Assembly (NCBI RefSeq): GCF_009914755.1
Contig: NC_060932.1
Source: the human T2T-CHM13v2.0 reference genome, Homo sapiens
DNA: 64,000 nt
Direction: 5' to 3' (one strand)
The notes beneath the pieces are model-generated. The model saw only the letters and a list, made by a program, of their open reading frames with translations, did not search any database and was not told where the DNA came from. Of this stretch, positions 40,841-55,097 are shown piece after piece (position 1 is the stretch's first letter; each line of letters begins with the position of its first letter). A program made the position numbers and the translations under genes.

Positions 40841-41465
40841 GAATATTTCTACTTTCTTTGATTGGAAGAGGCTTTGCAAGATACTGATTTATCTCCACCC
40901 CCCAGCAGCACACTGAAGGAGGGCTGTGGTTGGCATCACACAGGCTGTGCCTCATTGTGTTCATTGCCTTTCTCCCGGCCACTCCCTGAAGTTCTCATCA
41001 TCTCACAAGGCTCAGCTCTTGACTTAGCCCTGTCTCCTGCAAACTGAATTGGTCTAGCCCTTCCCCAGAACACCTATCAACTTTGCCTGACCTCTTCACT
41101 GCCCATTCCCTGGTCCCTGTCCTATGGCAACAAAGAGTAAGCATGTGCGGGCTTTGGTCTTTACATTGCTCACCAACCATGGGGGAGACCCATACACAGA
41201 GTATATAACAATGTTCTTAGTTGCCTTTCTATGTTAGTGAAGTTACTTTCCATGTTCTAACTATCAAAAAATAATGGAATGGACATTTTCCTTGGTTTCC
41301 TAAATCACCAATATAAAATTCTTCATGGAGGTTCATTTTGTGTGTGTGTGTGATATGTTCCATGCAAGCCTGAAGACCAGATGGTGTTCAGAAAAGCTGT
41401 GTGGAATAAATGAATGAGTAAGTGAATGCTGTTGGATGGTTATTATTTTGTACGGTTTTTTTTAG

Positions 41466-41807
<342 letters not shown>

Positions 41808-44371
41808 TATTCTGAAATCCTTTAAGCCTTCAGAGGATGATTTTTCTTCTGCCTGGAATGTTCCCTTCAGATTTTTTTTTGCAGTGAGAGGCTGTGGGTC
41901 ACAAATATTCTCAGTTGGTAATTGTCTTTTATTGTGCCCTACATCTTTATAGATTGTTTTGCAGAACGTACAATTCTAGGTTGACATTTATTTTTTTCTT
42001 CACACATTGGAGACATTTTACTGTTTTCTGGCTTTGACTGTTGCTATTGGAAGTCAGTTTTACATTTATGGTTATTCCTTTAGAGGTAATCTGTCTTCTG
42101 TCTCTGGATGCTTTTAGAATGTTCTCTTGGTTTTTGGTATTGTTCAGTTTCTTAATGATTGGGATGGTCTGTTTGTGATGTGTTGGGCTTCCTGAATCCT
42201 GACCTGTCTTTCATCATGTCAAGGAAATTCTTTGAAATGTCCTATTCACATGTTCCCTCTTTGCCATTTTCATCATTTGGAAATTTGATCATAAAATGAC
42301 AAGCCTTTTCACACTAGTCCCATTGTTGTTTTATTGATACATAATAATTGTACATATTTATGGGGTATATGTGATATTTTGATAGAGGCACACAATGTGT
42401 AATAATCAAATCAAGAGTGAGAATATTCATCACTTCAAACTTTTGTCATTTCTTTGTGATGAGGACATTTTAAATTTTCTCCTCTAGCTATTTTGAAATA
42501 CACAATATATTACTGTTAACTATAGTTACACTACTGTGCTATTGATTACTAGAACTCATTTCTTCTATCTACCTGTATTTTTGTACGCATTAACCAACCT
42601 CTCTTCACTGCTCTCTCATTCTTCCCAGCCTCTGGTAACTATCATTCTAGTCTCTACATCCATGAGATCAACTTTTTAGCTTCCACATATAAGTGAAAAT
42701 ATGTGATATTTTTCTTTTTGTACCTGGCTTATTTGATTTCTGGTTTCATTCATGTTGCTGTAAATGACAGGACTTTATTCATTTTTGTGAATAAATAGTG
42801 TTCTATTGTGTATATATGCCACATTTTCTTTATCCATTTATTCATCGATGCACACTTAGGTTTCGTTTTTTGAGGAACCTCCATACTGTTTTCCACAGTG
42901 ACTGTACTAATTACATTCCAATTAGCAGGGTACTAGTTTTCCCCTTTCTCTGCATCTTTGCCAACATCTCTTATTTTTTGTCTTTTTGATAATATCCAGT
43001 TTAACTGTGGTGAGATGATATCTCAACGTGGTTTTGGTTTGCATTTCCCTCATAATTAGTGATTTTAAGTATTTTTTCATATGCCTATTGGCCATTTATA
43101 TGTCCTCACTTGAGAAATATCTATTCAGATCATTTGCCTATTTCCTAAAGGATTATTCATGTTTTTTTTCCTATTGAGTTGTTTGACTTCTTTATATATT
43201 CTTGTTATTAATCTCTTGTTCAGTAGTTTGCAAATATTTTCTCCCACTCAGTGGGTTATCACTTTACTCTATTGACTGTTTCCTTCACTGTGCAGAAGGT
43301 TTTTAGCTTGGTGTAATTCCATTTGCCTATTTTTGCTTTGGTTGCCTGTGTTTTTGAGGTCTTACCAAAAAAATCTTTGCTCATACCAATGTCCTGAAGC
43401 ATTTCCCCAGTGTTTTTATTTTTCACTACTTTGATAGTTTCGGGTCTTACATTTAAGTCTTTAATCCATTTTGATTTGTTTTTTGTAGATGGTGAGAGAT
43501 GGGTGTTAAATTTGATTTTAGATATCCAAATTTAGATTAGATATCCAATTTTAAATAATGTATGTTTTAAATATAAATTAAATATAAAAATTTAAATAAC
43601 TTGAATATTTTGCATTTAGGTATTTCATTTTCCCAGCATCATTTATTGAAAGACTGTCCTTTCCTTGATGTACATTCTTGGCACCTTTGTTAAAAATAAG
43701 TTGGGCATAAATGCATGAATTTATTTCTGAGTTTCCTATTCTGTTTCATTGGTCTGTGTGTCCTTTTTGTCTGCCAGTACCATGCTGTTTTTGTTACTAT
43801 AGCTTTGTAGTATATTTTGAAGTCAGGTCGTGATGCCTACAGTTTTGTTCTTTTTACTCAGGATTGCTCTGGCTATTCAGGGTCCTCTTTAGTTCTAAAT
43901 AAATTTAAGAATGATTTTTTCTATTTCTGTAAAGAATGACATTAGTATTTTGATAGGGATTACATTGAATCTGTAAATCAGTTTTGGTAGTATGATCATT
44001 TTTACAACGTTAATTTTTCCAGTCCATGAACATGATATATCTTTCTATTTTTGGGGTGACTTCTTTAATTCTTTTCATCAGTGTTTTATAGTTTTCCTTG
44101 TAGATATATTTTAGATCCTTGGTTAAATTTATTCCTACGTATTTTATGATTTGTAGTAGCTATTGGAAATGGGATTGCTTTTCTAATTTATTTTTTCACT
44201 AGTTTGCTGTTGGCATATAGAAATACTACTGATTTTTGTATGCTAATTTTGTATTCTGCAGCTTTACTAAATTCACTCATCAGTTATAAGAGTTTTTTGG
44301 TGGAGCTTTTAAGGTATGTGTATGTATGATCACTTCATCTGAAAACAGGGACAATTTGTCTTCTTTCGTTC

Positions 44372-44801
44372 TGTTAAGTGAAAAGGTCATATACACAAAC
44401 TGGCCCCCAAAAGCTGAAGGGGCAGAGGAAACAAAAAACAAAACAGACAAATCCAGTTTGTCTACAAAGTGTGTTTTATTGGGGAACTTGCAGACAGAAA
44501 CATGGTCTGGGTTGCCACAAGACAAGTACATCACTGCACTGTTACTCTGCAGACTCAAGGCTTATATAGCATAGGAAAAGGTTAAACATGCTCCAGCAAG
44601 ACAATTAAAGACAACCCTCCAGAATGGGCAAAATGCTGTATGTGTAATAGCCTATAATTTGTGCAGTAATATCAAGGTTGACATACTTAACACTAAGCAC
44701 AGTAAATAAAGTAGAAATCAGGAGGCTTTCACACGACTGGGGCTATTCAGAAGTCAACATGGCAGATTAGCATCCGAGATGGAGTCACTTTTTTCTTCCC
44801 A
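44372..44801 (-). mobile_element. Solo LTR (LTR47-like) inserted in L1 ORF2
   Basis: TG...CA ends with 5-bp TSD cgttc / ctttc; minus strand has AAAAGTGACTCCATCTCGGATGCTAATCTGCCATGTTGACTTCTG. Confidence 0.8.
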
Positions 44802-45839
44802 CTTTCCAGTTTGGATGTACTTTATGTTTTCTCTTGCATAACTGTGCTGGGAAGGACTTCCAGTTCTATGTTCTAAGAGTGGTGAGAGTAGGTATCCTTG
44901 TCTTGTTTCAGTTCTTAGAAGAAAAGCTTTCAGCTTTTCCCTATTCAGCATAATGTTAGTGGTGGGGTTTTCATATATGGCCTTTATTATGTTGGAAGTA
45001 TACTTCTTTTATACCTACTTTGTTGAAGGGTTTTATCCTGATACAATGTTGAATTGTATCAAATGTTTTTCTGCATGTATTGAGATGATCATGTGGTTTT
45101 GGTTCTGTTCTGTTGATGTGATGAAGTATGTTTATTAATTTGTGTATGTTGGACCATCCTTATGTCCCTGGGATAAGTCCCACTTTATCGTGATGAATTA
45201 TCTTTTTAATGTACTGTTGGATTCAGTTTGCTAGTATTGCGTTGAGGATTTTTGCATCTATGTTCATTAGGGATATTGGCTTAGAATTTTTTGATATTGT
45301 TGTTGTTGTGTCCTTGTCTGGCTTTGGTATCAGAGTAATCCTGGCCTCATAGGATAAATTTGGAAAAACTCCCTTCTCTTCAATTTTATGGAAGATTTTG
45401 AGAAGAATTGTTGTTTGCACTTATTTAACTGTTTGGTAAAATTCATCAGTAAAACCATCAGGTCCTGAGCCTTTCTTTGATTGAAGACTTTTTGTTACTG
45501 ATTTAATCTCATTACTCATTATTAGTCTGTTCAGCTTTTTCATTTCTTCTCAGTTCAGTCTTGGAAGGTTTTATGTGTCCAGGAATTTATCCATTTCTGT
45601 TAGGTTTTCCCATTTGTTGGAGTATAGTTGTTTTCAATAGTATCTAATGATTCTTGATCTTTCTGTGGTATCTGTCATAATGTCTCCTTTTTTTGTTACT
45701 GGTTTTATTCATTTGGGTCTTTTCTCTTTCTTCTTTGGTTAGCCTAGCTAATGGTTTGTGGATGTCATCATTTCAAAAAATTAACTTTTTGTTTTGTTGA
45801 TCTTTTGTATTCTTTTGTCTCAATTTTATTTCTGCTCTG

Positions 45840-45975
45840 TTCTTTTTTTCTTTTTTTTCCCTTTTTCCATAGGTTATTGGTATACAGTAGGTATTTGCTT
45901 ATATGAGTAAGTTCTTTAGTGGTGATTTGTGAGATGTTGGTGCACCCATCACCCGAGCAGTATACACTGCACCCT
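45840..45975 (-). mobile_element. Short L1PB 3'-end fragment
   Basis: Poly-T then ccataggttattgg...atgagtaagttctttagtggtgatttgtgagat...gcacccatcacccgagcagtatacactgcacc. Confidence 0.8.
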
Positions 45976-48883
45976 ATCATAAAAGACCCTATGAGTCTTT
46001 TATACCTCACCCCCTTAATGGTGACTCATAAATCTTTCTTCACTCTTTTTTATTCTAATTTCTTTTTTTTCCCTCTACTTGGGCAATTTCAAACAACATA
46101 TCTTCAAGTTCATTGATTCTTTCTTCTGCTAAATAAAGTCTTCTATTGAAGCTCTCTGTTATATTTTTATTTCATTCAATAAATTCTTCAGCTGTGGAAT
46201 TTCTGTTTCATTCTTTTTTATGATATCTCTCTTTGTTGAATTTCTTATTCATATTATGACTTCCTAATTTTGTTGAAATGTCTTATTTGTATTTTTGTAT
46301 ATCTTGTTGAGTTTCCTTATGATCATTATGATCATTATTTTGAATTCCTTTTCTGGTAATTCGTTGATTTTATTTTTACTGGGGTCTATGACTAGAGAGT
46401 TATATTCTTTTGATAGTGTGATGCTTCCTTGCTTTTTCTTGCTTATTGTGTCCCTGCATTGATGTCTGTGCATCTGGTGGAACAGTCACTTCTAAACTTT
46501 CTAGAGTGGCTTTTGTAGAGAAAAACTCTCACCCACAGTTGGGTCTTAGTATGTCACTTGGGAAGGGCATGGTGACTCTGTTTCTGGGTAGGTGAAATGG
46601 TACAGTCTTCATGCCATTTCTTAATCTATGTTCAACATCAGCAATAACTGTGGGCACCTCACTGTTTAGGCTATAAATGTCTGTGGTAGCAGTGGTGTTA
46701 GCATAGGTGTTTAATGTCCTCAGTGGCAAGGGCTTTTAGACTTCTCCTATTCTTATTTTTCCCACAATGGGGAGACGTAACTGAGGGGATCCTTCTTGGT
46801 GTCTGGCCTCATATGGTCTAGAAGCAGCTGCTGTGATTCTGTGTTTCAGGTACAAATGCTTGGAGTGGCTGTGGGGCCAGGGTCCCAGTCTCAGGTTCTC
46901 AGGAACTTATGTGGCACCTGAATTTTGGGGTATAGTTTTGCTCTGTGGCATGGTTGAATGTAGCTTGCCTGCAGCACTAGGATCTGTGAGTCTGAGATAC
47001 CACCTAGCAGTTTGGGTCCAGGCGGTTGGTTTGTAGCTATGATTCTACCCTGGCCCAACTCCAGGGAAGAAGGGTTGCTCTGGAAGTTTGAGCCCAGGGT
47101 GCAGAGTATGGCTGTAATTCTGTAGCCTGAGCCAATAGGGCTGAGTAGCATCTCAGGTCCTTTGGGATGAGGCATTGTGTAGTGGTGACTCTAGACCCTG
47201 AGATGGTGGGGCTCAGCAATATCCCAGACCTTATGGAACCAGGTAAAGCAGCAGAAAGTTCCCCAGAGTGGCCAAACACAGCTGTCATTTGGACTCCGGA
47301 GGACAGGGAACAGTATAGTGATGACTCACTGCAGAGAGAGGGGTGTCTCAGTAGATCAGACTCTAGAGTGCTAGTCCAGCTCCAGGGAAGCAGGGTGCTA
47401 GAGTTGTTTGGCCTGTAGTGTGGGGTGTCTCAGCTCAGCCACTGCTCTGTTTTCCTGAGATGCAGGGTACTATGTCAGCTTAGCCCTAGGATGTGTAGCT
47501 GCTCAGGTCAGCGAAAGCAGCAATTTCCCAGAAGGTGATGTGCCTCTTCAGCTCAGGCCTAGGAGTGCGACTATTCTGGATGGCCCAGATACTGTTTCTC
47601 TGCAATGCAGGGCTTTTCCAAGGCACCATTTCCTCAGGAGGCAGTGTGCAGTTTCATCTCAGAGCACTTAGGGACAGGGCACAGCTACAGTTGAGAGAGG
47701 TAGATGGAGCTGTTTTGCCACAGCACCATTTACCCAAGAAGATCTAGCCTGAGGGGGTGAGAGTGGGGTAAATGAAGCAATTCCACCTCTACTTGGCCCC
47801 ACGAGGAAGGGAGTAGCAATTGCTTACAGCTTGGCTTGGGGATGGGTGGCCACTGGGTGGGGGTAGTTTGATGGCAGTTTAGCCTCAGAGATGAAGGGGT
47901 ACCATAGCTACTCACCCTCAGAGTAAGACACATTCCAGCAGTTCTTCTAGTTCCTAGATGGTGTAGCACAGTAGCAGATTAAACCACATGAGAGGGGCAC
48001 AGTGCCAGCTCCTTCCCTGAGGGGACCACAGCTATGTGGCCTCCAGGAAGCTTCCCATCTGGGCTTAGTGCCTGTGAGGACTGCAGGGGACCCCAGCAGT
48101 GAGGTCTGAGATATCCAAGGTGTAGGTGGGGGCTGCTGGGATCCTCTTGCCTACCTTTCACTGTAGGGAGCAGTTCCTCCTGGTTCCCAGCTGATCCTGG
48201 TTGAGGGATGAGGTGGTGTCCTGGTGTTTCCTTCCATTCTCTGTGTGGCTGTCCTGACTTTCTGTGCTCACCAAAGTTTCTGTTACTCCTTTGACATACT
48301 CCAGTGCTCTCCTTTAGTTATTTTTGTTAAAATATCATTGTTTATTCTTTGTTCTGGTTGTCTTTGTAGAAGGGTTGAGCACTAGGGGCTTCTAGTCGGC
48401 TCTCTTGCTGATGTCACTCTCCTCATTCATTCTACTCTCCTTGATTTTTAACCTTGTGTTTATATTTTTCCAGCTTGATGTCTGTATGTTACACTCAGGG
48501 TAATTTCTCTAGAATCTCTTTCATGAATTCTTCCTTTATCTGTAGCCAGTCTGCTCTTTAGCCTACACATTAAGTTTTAAATTTCAATTATTTTATTTTT
48601 ATTTAGAGAAGTACTACTTTTTAGGTCTGCTTGTTTATTTTTATCTTCTCCTATTCCTTATTCATGTAGTTTTCTCTTTTTTATGTTTTTAAACAGTAAA
48701 TGTACCAATTTTATATTGCATGTCATTATTTCCACTTCTGATTCCACATTCACAGTGTCTTGTTTCCTCAAGTGTTTTGAGATTTAAAAATATTGTTAAC
48801 TCATTTTCCTTGGATATTTATCTGCAGGAATTCTTTGATTACTGGAATGAAGTTGTATTCTTTTAGAAACAATTTGTATTTGC

Positions 48884-49202
<319 letters not shown>

Positions 49203-49228
49203 TTAAAATAAATGTCAAACTTTGAGTC

Positions 49229-49617
49229 TATTATGGATTGAATATTTTTGTACCCTCCAAATTCATATGTTGAAGTCCTAACCCTCAATGTGACTGTATT
49301 TGGAGATAGGTCCTGTAGGGAGATGGGTAAGGTTAAATGAGGTCATAAGGGTGGGGCTCTAATCTAATATAATTTATAAAAAGAGGAAGAGACACAAGAG
49401 CACTCTTTCTGCATGCATACACAGAACAAAGGCCACGTGAGGACACAGAGAGAAGGGGCAGTCTTCAAGCAAGGAAGAGAGACCTCACCAGAAAACATCC
49501 CCGCTGGAACCTTGCTTTTGAATTTCCAGCCTCTGGTACTGTGAGGAAATGAATTTTTATTGTTTAAACTGCTCAGTCTATGGTATTTTGCTGTGGCAGC
49601 CTGAGCAGACTAATACA
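49229..49617 (+). mobile_element. MLT1B solo LTR
   Basis: Full LTR ending gcagactaataca; TSD gagtc / gggtc. Confidence 0.88.
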
Positions 49618-50251
49618 GGGTCTTTTAAACAACACTAAGAGTAATAATTTATTCTGTAAATATGCATGACAGCTTTCTAGTGGCTATGAATTCTCAGGGA
49701 GGTATTGTTTCCATCTACACAGTTTTGAGGTAGCGATGGGGAAATTTTCCTGTTGCTTCTATGCAGGTTATGTTTTCCGTTTCTTCCCTCATCTCTCCTG
49801 TTCACACTTATGGAGTAGATTCTAGTCCTTTGGGATTCCAGCTTCATTTGGAATCTCCTGTTGGACTTCCTACCACTGCCCAGCTCCATTTTTATTCTCC
49901 CACATGGAATGTGGTCATTAACACGGAAGCTCAGATGCACCAGGGCCCAGCAGAGAGCCCTGGTGAAAGCAGACTTCCCACTGCCTATCTCTCTGGCTTC
50001 CTTTTCCACTTTGATTTCTGGCCTCTGAGAATTGTTCTAATTTTTTTCCAAGTTTGGTAATACATTGAAAACATTACAAAACTGTCTCCAGCATCTGTGG
50101 TTGTTGTCCTGTGAGAGGATAGTTTGGGGTATTCAGTCTCCAACACTGCCAGAGATAGAAGCTCACTTAGTTCAGGACCATGTCCAGTCAATTTCTTCCT
50201 GGTGAGGCACTGGGGAGGGGAAGAACTCGTCTGTTCTGTGGGGATAGTGAA

Positions 50252-50815
50252 TGTGGCAGACAGGTACATGGATGTCCCCTATGAACTACACTTCCTGGTA
50301 TTCATTTCCTATCTGACATTGACTCTGAGTTTGGCCATGTGGCTTGCTTTGGCTAATGGGACATTAGTAGCCATGATGCAAGCAAAGTCTTTAAAAGTGT
50401 TCAGGTATTGGGGCTTTTCTTCTGGGAATCCAGTTGCCATGTTCTAAGGAAATCTAGGCTATGGGCTGTCAAGGAAGCCACGTGAAGGAGTTGTAGAAGA
50501 TAAGACACCACAGAGAGTCAGGTTAACTGAAGCTCCTAGACAAGCTTGCAGCTGAATGCAGTGGCCTGGGTGAGCCACAGAGACCTGTAGTGCTACCCAG
50601 TAAACCCAGAAATAGAACCCCCCCCTTAGCCCAGGGCCAGATATCATGAAACTCTGTGCCCCAAGCACGACGAAGCCCTGGGCCAGGCACAGAGGGAGAT
50701 TCACGCAATGCATGTCTGTTTGGTTGTGGAGGAAGAATGATGAGAAATAGTGAATTGATGCTATTTTAAGGCACTAAGTTTTGGGGGAAGCATACGCAGC
50801 ATAAATAAACCAATG
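50252..50815 (+). mobile_element. MLT1G/H-type solo LTR
   Basis: ggccatgtggcttgctttggctaatgggacattag ... ttttaaggcactaagttttgggg. Confidence 0.7.
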
Positions 50816-51367
50816 AGGATTGACCTGTGTCTCCAGTTTTCCCCAGACTAGGGACACACATGTAGGAGAGTTAAATCAGAGAGTCTGGTTGAAGAATTTC
50901 TGTCTTGGCTTTTTTTTCAATCCTCGTGTTTTATGTAAGCGTGAAGGCTGTCACACATTCCCTGGGGGATTTGGTGCAGCATCATCCTCCCTTGAGGCCT
51001 CATTTTCTTCATCTCTGACATGAAGGGCTTGGGCCACTGGTTCCTTGAGTTCCTCAGGTCCTTTGCAAATCTAGGTTTCAGTGTTCTATGTATACTGAAC
51101 ACTGGTTTGGATCTGTCTTCCTACTAGGCCCTCAGGGAGATAAGAACAGAAATAAAAAGCACCACCTCTAACCTTGTGAGTTTGGATTCCCAGTGGGGAA
51201 CACGCCTTATAGACACATCCACTAGACTCACATGATGGCATAGAATCCAGGAATGCCTTTCAGGTTCTATTGCCTTTTCCTGTGGACTGGGCCCGCGGTT
51301 TGATGTATGAGTCAGGCAATAGGTATCCACTGCTCTCCTCTATCTGCCTGGATATAAGCTAGATTCT

Positions 51368-51492
51368 TGTTTTTTAAGAGACAAGGTCTCGCCTTGTTGC
51401 TCAGGCTGGCCTTGAACTCCTGGGCTCACGTGATCCTTCTGCTCAGCCTCCTGAGTTGCTGGGACTACAGGTGTGCATCACTGTGCCCAGGC
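51368..51492 (-). mobile_element. FLAM / Alu monomer
   Basis: Single monomer; TSD ataagctagattct / ataagttaaattct. Confidence 0.85.
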
Positions 51493-52862
51493 ATAAGTTA
51501 AATTCTGTAATCAGAAGCAAAGCGAGTGGGCAGGTCTCTCTGGGATGGTGCTTTGCTGCTGAGACCTGTGGTGTAAGATGAAGTTAACCCTTAAACAGCC
51601 AGGAAGTTTGCTCCAGACCACAGGGCCCTGCACATAGAAAAGATTTGGTAGTTTCAGGAAGAGAAGGAAAGCCACTGTGGCTTTAGACTCAGTGAAATGG
51701 GGCTGGGATTGGGTGAGGTCAGAGTGGCAGGCGGGATTCCACGTCATAAAGGGTCTGATAAACCATGGGGAAGAGTCAGGACTTTTCTCTTGATGGTGAA
51801 AAAGCAATGAGGAGTGGCATGGTTGGTTTTATGTCTTTGAAGATCCCTAGTTATTGCTGTTTGGAGACAAGCTTTTCGGAGGGAGGAGTTGGGGCTGGGA
51901 TCAAGAGATTCAAAGGAAGCCAGGACAACGGCAAATGAGGGGCCTCATTCAGGCCTCGAAATCAGGTCAAGTGTCCACCCCCACACCAGTCAACTTCAGG
52001 CAGGCAAATGGAGCCTCAGCAAGGGTTTCATCAAGGAGTTTAAAATGGGAATTAGGGTGTCTGTGGATGTGGGGATGCTGGGGAAGCCAGGTCTGGAAGG
52101 GGATGTCAGAGAGTCACCCTCGGGGACTAAACAAGTTGGAGCTTGTGGGAAATGCAAGAGGCCGAAGCTATCTGGCCCCTAGACTGTGGTCATGGAGGGA
52201 GAGTGTGGGGGAGGGCCATGGAAACGCTGCTGTTAGGCAGTGTTCCCCCTCTGGTCACCGCTGCCTCTGTGACCTTCATTGCCTCTGTGTGCCTGGTGGG
52301 ATCAGATGGTCAGCAGGGCTAGTGGTCAGGACATGAGCAAGGATGGCTGGGGCCCACCAGACAGCTCTGCACCTGCTCATACCGGAGAATGGCCTCTGCC
52401 TCCCTCCTACCTCCCAAACTACACACAGGTCCTCCCTTCTTCACCTCTATCTGAGAGCCACTCAGGAGGGACTTGGGGGGTGTAGACCTCTGCAGGCAGG
52501 AGCACAGTGCCAAGGTGACAGCACCCAGCCCAACCCCTGCTCCTTCAGCTTGCTAGAATTATTTTCATTTGCTGAAATTGGCTTTCTTCCCACAGTGTGA
52601 ATTTTGTCTGCTTTCAGCCTCTTTGTTTCATATTCTGTGGACCCTTTACCTGAGAGAGATGAAGTCTTGTTTCAGTTGAAAGTTTCCGGGAGAAGAGCTC
52701 TGATGAGGCTGGATCTAGTCAGCTTCTCAGGCATAGAAGAGGGGGTGGGAGGGTCTGAGGAAATATGGCCCCTATGGTGACCCTGGAGAGGGATTAGGGG
52801 TGGGATGGGCAGTTTCCAGGGGAAATGGGTAGGGGTGTCCTAGGTAGATATCACAAATCTGT

Positions 52863-53240
52863 TGCTATGTTTTGCATGTTTGTGTGTCTCCAATATTCAT
52901 GTTGAAACTAAATGCCCAACACAACAGTATTACGATGTGGGGCCTTTAGGCCCTGAGAGCTTAGCCCTTGCAGATGGGATTAGTGATCTTATAAAAGGGC
53001 TTGAGGGGCGAGTTCACCTCTTTCATCCCTTCTGCTCTGTGAGGACACAGCGTTCATCCCCTCCCAGGATGCAGCAACAAGGTGCCACCGTGGAAGCAGA
53101 GTTTGGGCTCTCACAACCAAACCTGCTGCTTCCTTGATCTTGAACTTCCCAGGCTTCAGAACTGTGAAAAATATTTTTTATTGTTTATTAAGTACCCAAT
53201 CTGTGGTTTTTTCTTTTAGCAGCACAAATAGACTAAGACA
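52863..53240 (+). mobile_element. MSTD-type solo LTR
   Basis: tgctatg...gcgttcatcccctcccaggatgcagcaacaaggtgcc...gactaagaca. Confidence 0.85.
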
Positions 53241-53738
53241 TCAATGTATCACCATTGAGCCCAGGTTACTCAGGCTGGGGGAGGTGGGAGGTGGTTTCCC
53301 TGGGAACGTGGGGGCAGACAGACTCAACAGTGACTTCTGAGAAGGAGAGAGAGAACTGAAGGTCTGATTTGGAGAGGCCACAGATGTTATCAGCCTAAGG
53401 AGCAAAGCCGAGAGCAGGCTTGGGAGAATGGATGTAAGTTGGGAGCTGAGTAAATACTGGAGGGAGCTGGAGATAAATGTGGATACCAGGTGAGGGGTCC
53501 TCAATACATGCCTCTTCATAGCAGTCTGGGTGGTCTGACTCAGATGGTCACTGCTGTAGCAAGCCTGGAAGGAAGAGGTTAGTTAGTTGTTCCAGAGAAG
53601 CTGGGGAGTGCTTCCTGGAGGAGGCAAGATTCTTCTGTGTTCCTCATCATTTTACTGAGTTGAGTCTGCTCTCCTTTCCTCTCTTGATTCACTTCCCCCA
53701 TTTTTGGTGTTTATCACCTCTGCTTATAAGAGAAGTTA

Positions 53739-54228
53739 GGACTGGGCGTGGTGGCTCATGCCTGTAATCCCAGCACTTTGGGAGGCCAAGAGGCCAAGGC
53801 AGGAGGGTCACTTGAGGTCAGGAGTTCAAGACCAGCCTGGCCAACATGGTGAAACCCCATCTGTACTAAAAATACAAAAATTAGGTGGGTGTGGTGGCAC
53901 ATGTCTGTAATCCCAGTTACTTGGGAGACTGAGGCAGGAGAATCACTTGAACCTAAGTGTCCCTCAATGGATAAAGAAATTGGGAGATAGATAGACAGGT
54001 AGGTGGATAGATAGATAGATAGATATTAATAGATATTAATAGATGCAAATATATAATGGAATATTGTTCAGCCCCAAAAAAGAAGGAGATCATGTCATCT
54101 GTCATTGGAGACAGATGCTTCCATATCTTGGCTATTGAGAATCATGCTTCAATGACCAAAATATATAAGGAGTTCATATAACCCAATAGCTAAAAAATAA
54201 CCCAATTAAAAATGGACAAAAGACCTGA
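53739..54228 (+). mobile_element. 3'-truncated AluS fused to scrambled L1M fragments with a (GATA)n tract
   Basis: Alu 53739-53953; L1(+) 53950-54100; L1(-) 54095-54155; L1(+) 54156-54228. Confidence 0.8.
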
Positions 54229-54934
54229 TATTTGTATCATTACATTTATTTTATAGGAGAGAAAACTACGTCTCAGAATAAATCAGAACTTTCCCCGGGC
54301 TAGCTGACTAGTTAAGTGTGGTGACAATTCACAAGCAGATCAGCCTGTGCTTGTACCTCCTCTCTGTGTTGCCACTGACTGGGGGTGGAGACCATTTCTC
54401 TCTCATTGTTGGGAGCAGAATTTTGCCTTTCCCTCTTGGGACTAGAAAAGCTTGCAGTCATTGCCGCAGGTGTGATGTTGTTTCTTAGCCCATGTCAAGA
54501 TCAATTAGCCCTTCTCCATAGCTCCGACTCTCTGAACACTTCAGCCATCTGGCAATTATGAAGTCTTTCAGCCCGGCAGTTATTTCTTTGCTGGCATCTT
54601 GAATTTCTCCAGTTCCCCTTGTGACTTTGTTAGAGGTGTGGATGAGGTGACCCACAGTAATGTTAAATTGCATGTCTCAGGAGGCCTGGGCAGGTCGATT
54701 GCTCAGTGAAGCTCTTCGAAGTGTCCTTTTGCCTGGTACCCACAGGGAAAGTCAGGCCAAGGTATTTCAGGGACCCTGGGTGGAAGGCAGCAGATCTCGA
54801 TCTGAGTCCCTCTTACTCTCTGCCTCTTAATCTCAATGGACATTTCCTCACTTGTGAAATGGTGATGACAATAACTCCGGAAGTTGGGTGGAGCTGAGGA
54901 GGTGACAGCTGTGGAGTGGCAGTAATAAGTTGGG

Positions 54935-55097
54935 AGCATTTCTCAAACTTCAGTGGGCATAGGGTCTCTCGGGATCTTATAAAAATGAAGATTCATTTGA
55001 AGCTATTAGATCTGGGATAGGGCCTAAGACTCTGCATTTCTAATATTCTCCAGTGATGCTGACACCTGACAGGAGGACCACACTGTGTGTAGCGAGG
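54935..55097. mobile_element. MER5-family DNA transposon
   Basis: tttctcaaacttcagtgggcat...gggcctaagactctgcatttctaa...ggaccacact. Confidence 0.7.

Larger units (their letters stand above)
42325..48420 (-). mobile_element. Long degenerate L1MA-type element (3' UTR, ORF2 part, ORF1 part, 5' UTR) nested in older L1 sequence
   Basis: L1MA 3' end (tattgatacataataattgtacatatttatgggg). ORF2 remnants EKLKAFLLRTETRQGYLLSPLL and [28 protein letters not shown]1 remnant ELPEKEFKIMII. GC-richer 5' region ~46500-48420. Confidence 0.88.

Noticed and set aside
44754-46473. Reverse-transcriptase and ORF1-like peptides
   Set aside because: Fragmented remnants of a dead L1 with many stops and frameshifts; not a functional CDS.
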